Origin: Patescibacteria group bacterium
GTDB lineage: Bacteria > Patescibacteriota > Minisyncoccia > Ryanbacterales > GWA2-47-10b
Assembly: GCA_038064855.1 (NCBI GenBank)
Contig: JBBTSE010000007.1
Location: forward strand, 151,699 to 215,698
Reading direction: 5' to 3'
Length of the DNA stretch: 64,000 bases
Positions 59,004 to 64,000 of the stretch are shown here, in pieces (positions within the stretch are counted from its first letter, which is position 1; every line of letters starts with the position of its first letter). The notes under the pieces were generated by a model that made no database searches, had not been told where the DNA came from, and was given only the letters and a program-made list of their open reading frames with translations. Made by a program: the position numbers and the translations under genes.

Positions 59004-59873
59004 TTACACTCTTCCGCCACTTCCGAAAAGGTCAATATGCAGTAATACCACTTTTTTTACCTCGGCAATTTCCGGCGCCATAATCTTATAAAGCGCGTAT
59101 TCGTCTTTTTCTTCTTCAAGTTCTTTTCGAAGCGTATCAACAAACGCTACACGCAAGTCGGTCGAAATATGAATATTTGAAATGCCCACTGTAATCGCCT
59201 CCTTGATTTGATCGTGCGGCACACCCGAGCCACCGTGAAGTACAAACGCTGTGTCAGGCAAAAGTGCGCGGATACGCGCGATGCGTGGGATATCCAAATG
59301 TGGCTCATTGAGGGCAATACCGTGGATACTGCCAACCGCGGGAGCCAAACGATTTACCCCCGTCTCGCGGACAAATCGCGCGGCATCATCAGGATTTGCA
59401 AGACTCTCGGGCGGTACCTCAATGGCGCTTTTATACACCTTTGAAGAATCCGTCATAAGATAGCCAATCTCGCCCTCGACCGATATGGCTTCATTTTTTG
59501 CCCGCGCGTGATCTACCACTTCTTTTGTTTTGCGAAGATTATCTTCAAGCGACTCTTTTGACAGGTCGATATGAATAGAATCATATCCAGCGTCAATCGC
59601 CGCCTTTGCCTTCTCGACAGATTTTGTATGATCCGCGTTGAGATAAAATGGCATCTGATATTCATCGCGATAACTCTTGATGAGTGCGACAGCTTGCTCA
59701 AGCCCGATAAACTCGCGCTCGCCCTCAGAGGTACCTATCATGACGGGTGAGCGTTTTTCCACACACGCCTCAATGATTGCTTTGAGCATTTCGAGATTTG
59801 GCACATTGAAATGCGGCACTGCCCAGTGTTCGTGCGTTGCGCGCGCCAATATTTCTTTGAGTGGTGGAATCAT
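59004..59873 (-). CDS. fba: Class II fructose-bisphosphate aldolase
   Basis: ADH, VEGEIG, GSIHG, VLHGGSG. Confidence 0.92.
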   Translation of the reverse strand: MIPPLKEILARATHEHWAVPHFNVPNLEMLKAIIEACVEKRSPVMIGTSEGEREFIGLEQAVALIKSYRDEYQMPFYLNADHTKSVEKAKAAIDAGYDSIHIDLSKESLEDNLRKTKEVVDHARAKNEAISVEGEIGYLMTDSSKVYKSAIEVPPESLANPDDAARFVRETGVNRLAPAVGSIHGIALNEPHLDIPRIARIRALLPDTAFVLHGGSGVPHDQIKEAITVGISNIHISTDLRVAFVDTLRKELEEEKDEYALYKIMAPEIAEVKKVVLLHIDLFGSGGRV

Positions 59874-60856
59874 GAAAGTTTTGCAAATTCTTTGGGTTTA
59901 TAATCAGCCGGCGCCTCTACTAGATACTTTTCAAGCTGTGACCGGCGCAACAGTCCTTCCTGTGCACCTACATACTGAACAACGGACATCGAATTGATAG
60001 GCCCCCATCGCATGGCGTCTTCGAGCGTAAGACCGAGTGTAAGCGCGGATGTAAAAGTAGAAGAGAACGCGTCCCCCGCCCCCGTGCGCTCAAAGGGTGG
60101 CTTGGGATCGGGATAGGGGCGCATATACCAAATCGTTGTGCCGTCAGAAGTGTACGCGCCCTTCGGACCATCAGTGATCACGACAAGCTTGGGACCTAGG
60201 TGATGCATGCCACGCACAAGATTGGTGATGTCATTATCCGTTGTCTCTAAAATACGCATTGCTTCCTCTCGATTACAGAAAAAAAGTTCGGTGCGCTTAT
60301 ACAGATCGCGCAATCGGTGTGTGCCAAGCTTTATCTGAAAGGTACCCGGCTGAAACGCGAGCTTTACATCAGGATGTTGGCGCATATAAGTAGAGACATC
60401 ATCATGAAACTGATCTGCGTGCTCACCTACCGAGCTAAAGTAAATCCATTTTGGATCGCCCATAACTGGCAGATGATAGGTGTATCGTTCGTGTTTTATC
60501 AAAATCGTACGATCATCTTTGTACCAAAGTACATAATGATAGTTTGACGCGACTCCTTGATTGCGATGCACAAATGACGCATCGACATCTTCTTTTTTAA
60601 GTTGGGTGATAATATCATCACCAGCGCGATCATCACCGATATTACTTACAAATGTAGTTGAAAGACCGAGGCGTGCGGCCGCAACCGCAGCATTGGCACT
60701 GTTGCCAACCGCAGGAATAATATGCGCCCGTTCAAAAGGGATCTTGTCACCGTAGCCGAGCGACAGCTTGCCATCTCTCACTTCGGCGTTGGCATCAGCA
60801 ATACGAATAAACGCATCGGTGACAACATCGCCTATCGCTACAAAATCATACCTCAT
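59870..60856 (-). CDS. PfkB-family carbohydrate kinase
   Basis: GNSANAA, NREEA, ERTGAGDAF. Confidence 0.92.
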   Translation of the reverse strand: MRYDFVAIGDVVTDAFIRIADANAEVRDGKLSLGYGDKIPFERAHIIPAVGNSANAAVAAARLGLSTTFVSNIGDDRAGDDIITQLKKEDVDASFVHRNQGVASNYHYVLWYKDDRTILIKHERYTYHLPVMGDPKWIYFSSVGEHADQFHDDVSTYMRQHPDVKLAFQPGTFQIKLGTHRLRDLYKRTELFFCNREEAMRILETTDNDITNLVRGMHHLGPKLVVITDGPKGAYTSDGTTIWYMRPYPDPKPPFERTGAGDAFSSTFTSALTLGLTLEDAMRWGPINSMSVVQYVGAQEGLLRRSQLEKYLVEAPADYKPKEFAKLS

Positions 60857-60858
60857 CA

Positions 60859-61863
60859 TTATATGCTAGATCGATTCATAACTTTTTGGGCCGCGGCGAC
60901 AATATGTGAGACACCCATACCAAAGTGCTCGATGAGCTCGTTCTTCTCTCCGGACTCACCAAAGCGATTTTGTACACCAATAAATTCTATAGGCACAGGG
61001 CATTCGCGCGCGGCGAGCTCCGCGACCACTGACCCCAACCCTCCTGCCACTTGATGCTCTTCTACCGTGACTACGCGGCGCGCCGCACGGATAGCATCTA
61101 AAATAGTTTTTTCATCGAGTGGTTTTATCGTATGACAATTAATCACGCGCACTTTTTTTCCGGATTTTTCAAGCTCGCCCGCAGCCAACAGCGCATTGTG
61201 CGCAAGCGGTCCTGTAGCAATGATGAGAACATCGCACGCCGTTGGATCAGAATCAAAAAATATTTCTGCTTTGCCAATGGCAAAGGGAGTCGCGGCGGTA
61301 GTAAAAATAGGACTTTTTTCTCGATGGAGGCGTAAATAAAGAGGTTTGCGCAATACTGCTGCCGCTAATATTGCTTTTTTTGCCTCGATCATATCGCAAG
61401 GTGATACAACCGTCATGCCCGGCAACACACGCATGATCGCCATATCTTCAACGGCTTGGTGTGTGGCGCCATCAGGGCCTACCGAAACCCCTGCGTGCGA
61501 GCCGACGATGATAACCGACTGTTCGTTGTAGCAAATAGTAGTACGAATCTGCTCCCAATTGCGCCCGGGACTAAACATCGCATACGAAGAGATGACGGGA
61601 AGCTTACCAAGAGCAGCCATGCCAGCGGCGACCCCCGCTAAATTTTGCTCTGCTACACCAATCTCGATAAAGCGCGTGGGATATTTTTTCTTGAATGGCA
61701 AGATCATGGTTGATTCAGTAAGGTCGGCGCAAAGCGCTACGATACTCGGATCTTTGTCACCCGCTTCTACCAGGCCTTCGCCAAAACCAGCGCGCGTGGG
61801 CTTTTGCTCGAGTTTTTTAATATCGAGAGTGTCGGTATGCAATTGTGCGCCTGAAAATATCAT
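60859..61863 (-). CDS. Transketolase, C-terminal subunit
   Basis: ADL, GVAEQN, GPDGATHQ, IKPLD, EEHQ..GGLG. Confidence 0.94.
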   Translation of the reverse strand: MIFSGAQLHTDTLDIKKLEQKPTRAGFGEGLVEAGDKDPSIVALCADLTESTMILPFKKKYPTRFIEIGVAEQNLAGVAAGMAALGKLPVISSYAMFSPGRNWEQIRTTICYNEQSVIIVGSHAGVSVGPDGATHQAVEDMAIMRVLPGMTVVSPCDMIEAKKAILAAAVLRKPLYLRLHREKSPIFTTAATPFAIGKAEIFFDSDPTACDVLIIATGPLAHNALLAAGELEKSGKKVRVINCHTIKPLDEKTILDAIRAARRVVTVEEHQVAGGLGSVVAELAARECPVPIEFIGVQNRFGESGEKNELIEHFGMGVSHIVAAAQKVMNRSSI

Positions 61864-62072
61864 TGGGTTTCTTGTGCTTCTACTGCGTTATGCTCTTGAA
61901 GACTTTTAAGTAATAAATCTTGCTGTTCTTGCTGTCTTGCTGTGATGCGATCAATATCGCCAATAATGTGATTCATCTGTACGACAGTCGCTATCGCGAC
62001 GATTACTGCGAGAATGCCTACTGCGGCCAATCGATACTCGCTCTTGCGTGTGGTAACATCTTGGCTACTCAT
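61860..62072 (-). CDS. 70-aa TM/coiled-coil microprotein between the transketolase halves
   Basis: MSSQDVTTRKSEYRLAAVGILAVIVAIATVVQM...; overlaps both neighbours. Confidence 0.6.
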   Translation of the reverse strand: MSSQDVTTRKSEYRLAAVGILAVIVAIATVVQMNHIIGDIDRITARQQEQQDLLLKSLQEHNAVEAQETQ

Positions 62073-62952
62073 GCTCGCCTTTGATCCGACCTCTGAGTGT
62101 ACGAAGCTCATGAAGGGCTTCAGCCGCCTGTTTATCGGCGGGCACTGTATCGGTAGGACCTTTACCGGGAGGGTTACCGTGCCATTCAAAACGCCGCTCC
62201 ATAAAATCAACTCCCTTACCCGGAATAGTATGCGCGATAATCATCTTTGGCTTTTCATAAATAGCTTTTGCCTCGCTAACCGCGTTTACAATCTCTTCTA
62301 TGTTATGCCCATCGACATCGATGACATGCCAACCAAATGATTCGTATTTTTCACGCAACGGTTCAAGCGGCATAATATCTTCGGTAAAACCGTCTATCTG
62401 AATATTGTTGCGATCAATAATACCAATCAGATTCCAAAGCTGTTCGCGACCCGCGAGCATGATAGCTTCCCACACAATACCGCAATCTTGCTCGCCATCA
62501 CCCATCAGCGCGTATACAAAGTTAGTCTTTTTATCCATACGAAGTGCGAGCGCCATGCCGACTGCTTGTGAGATACCCGTACCCAGTGGTCCGGAACTCG
62601 CCTCGATGCCGGGCAATTTTGTGCGATGCGGATGACCTTGCAGTCGTGAGCCAAATTTACGCAAGGTTTTTAATTCTTCTACCGGAAAATATCCCGCGTG
62701 CGCCATTGTCGCGTACTGTACGGGACAAATATGACCATTGGAAAGTATGACAAAATCACGCTCGGGAAGCGCTGGATTTTTAGGGTCGTGACGGAGGAGA
62801 TGAAAGTAAAGAGCGGTAAAAACATCAGCCATACCCAAAGGCCCCGCTGAGTGACCCGAGCCAGCAGCGACGAGCATCTCGATGATCGACTGACGAATGT
62901 CATTCGCCTTGATCTCGAGTTCGGCTACTTTTTTATCATCTACATAATTCAT
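62065..62952 (-). CDS. Transketolase, N-terminal (TPP-binding) subunit
   Basis: SGH, LSNGH, LQGHP, GPLGTG, GDGE, DGH, GKG. Confidence 0.95.
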   Translation of the reverse strand: MNYVDDKKVAELEIKANDIRQSIIEMLVAAGSGHSAGPLGMADVFTALYFHLLRHDPKNPALPERDFVILSNGHICPVQYATMAHAGYFPVEELKTLRKFGSRLQGHPHRTKLPGIEASSGPLGTGISQAVGMALALRMDKKTNFVYALMGDGEQDCGIVWEAIMLAGREQLWNLIGIIDRNNIQIDGFTEDIMPLEPLREKYESFGWHVIDVDGHNIEEIVNAVSEAKAIYEKPKMIIAHTIPGKGVDFMERRFEWHGNPPGKGPTDTVPADKQAAEALHELRTLRGRIKGEHE

Positions 62953-64000
62953 TGTGCAATTATTGGTTGAAAATCTGCATTGAACTTGATGGGTATTGCT
63001 TCAAAATCATCGATACGCTTATTCTTGATGGTCACCTCAAACATCAAAGCCTCTTTTGTTTCGGATGAAAACGCCTGATCAAAAACAAAGTTGCCAAGAC
63101 TGTAGGCGATAACGCCATTGCGATACTGTTCGATCTCTTGGGCGACATGCGGATGATGCCCGATAATGACTGACGCGCCAGCATCTATCGCAGCGCGCGC
63201 CAAATCTTGTTGGACACGACGCGAGTGAGTCTCGTACTCTTCGCCAAAATGAAACGATACTATTAGTATATCAACCTTCTCTCGCACCTGTCGAACAGCC
63301 GTCTTTACAACCTCAACATCAGCAATCGCGATACCAGAGAGTGTGTCGCCCGCCTGCATCCAAGTCGGCCCCACATCGGAAAAACCCAAGAAACCAAGCT
63401 TAGTACCGCCTCGTTCAATAACCGTCACATCATATGCTTCTTTTTTATTCCATCCGGCTCCTGTGTATTCAATACCTGCACGGCGCAAACGACGCATGGT
63501 ATCTTCCATCGCCCCACGACCATAATCCCCCATATGATTGTTAGCGAGCGATACGATATCAAACCCTACATCATAGAGCGCCTTCGTCACCGCGGGGTCC
63601 ATGCGAAACGAGTAAATCGAGCCCTGCTTGCTACCCACATCCGATATCGGACCTTCAAGATTGCCAAACGCGAGATCGGCACTGCGCAATTTTTCAGTGA
63701 TGTGTTCAAACGGGAAAAGATAGTCGCCACGATGTTTCTCAACAGTCGCGCGGATGCCTCTATCCATCATAATATCGCCAGTAAAAAGAAGCTTGATGGA
63801 CTCATCTTTGCGTATATCGGAGACGATGGGAGCTGCGGCAGCTGGCTTCTCGTCAGACAAACTACCGTACACAAAGTTTGCTTTTACCCATGTGACGAGT
63901 TTGCGCACATCTTGCTCTTGATCGTTTGATCCGAGTACTACTACCGCGATATCGCGCGTGGCAAATTCTGATACCGGCAAGCGAAAGAGTGCAACCATCG
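62949..64000 (-). CDS. CapA-family metallophosphatase (5' end outside the window)
   Basis: GDIMMDR, NLE, LANNHMGDYG, HFG.E, GHHPHV, YSLGNF. Confidence 0.9.
   Translation of the reverse strand, partial: MVALFRLPVSEFATRDIAVVVLGSNDQEQDVRKLVTWVKANFVYGSLSDEKPAAAAPIVSDIRKDESIKLLFTGDIMMDRGIRATVEKHRGDYLFPFEHITEKLRSADLAFGNLEGPISDVGSKQGSIYSFRMDPAVTKALYDVGFDIVSLANNHMGDYGRGAMEDTMRRLRRAGIEYTGAGWNKKEAYDVTVIERGGTKLGFLGFSDVGPTWMQAGDTLSGIAIADVEVVKTAVRQVREKVDILIVSFHFGEEYETHSRRVQQDLARAAIDAGASVIIGHHPHVAQEIEQYRNGVIAYSLGNFVFDQAFSSETKEALMFEVTIKNKRIDDFEAIPIKFNADFQPIIAQ

Noticed and set aside
1-64000. Recoded genetic code (TGA = Gly/Trp), rRNA genes, IS transposases or integrases
   Set aside because: Conserved genes translate fully with code 11 and some end in TGA; no rRNA or recombinase motifs were seen.

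Overview
This is a gene-dense 64 kb segment of a bacterial chromosome. Its content points to Patescibacteria/CPR, probably Parcubacteria-like: short AlaS, EF-Ts and RF1, archaeal-type PGI/PMI, split transketolase and AT-rich gene starts without Shine-Dalgarno (SD) motifs. It uses the standard code 11, and almost all genes lie on the minus strand. Housekeeping content includes the hrcA-grpE-dnaK-dnaJ operon under a perfect CIRCE, the infA-rpmJ-rpsMKD-rpoA-rplQ-rplM-rpsI cluster, alaS, mnmA, mltG, clpB/htrA, an ArsR-IscS-IscU-ferredoxin-SOD-Nfu operon, rpsB-tsf, rpmE-prfA, rplY, a sugar-phosphate operon and six tRNAs. Three genes missing from the ORF track were read by hand: a ThiF/Rv1355c-like gene, rpmJ and rpmG. 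Five features stand out. (1) A GIY-YIG nuclease gene sits between two identical 49-bp pseudo-tRNA-Tyr repeats whose anticodon arm is replaced by a REP-like hairpin, behind the tRNA promoter, with a duplicated tRNA 3' end on the other side of the intact tRNA. (2) A 3.2-kb integrase-less islet at tRNA-Thr(TGT), bounded by a 41-bp duplication, encodes ribokinase, OPRT-like, HAD and Cys-less isochorismatase-family enzymes. (3) Two tRNAs are followed by exactly 'CA' and then a start codon. (4) Host genes show widespread leaderless promoter geometry, whereas accessory cassettes carry SD motifs. (5) A divergent SF2 helicase with four zinc ribbons and an extra RpoD-like sigma factor form a self-contained islet. 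All calls come from manual reading; no database searches were run.
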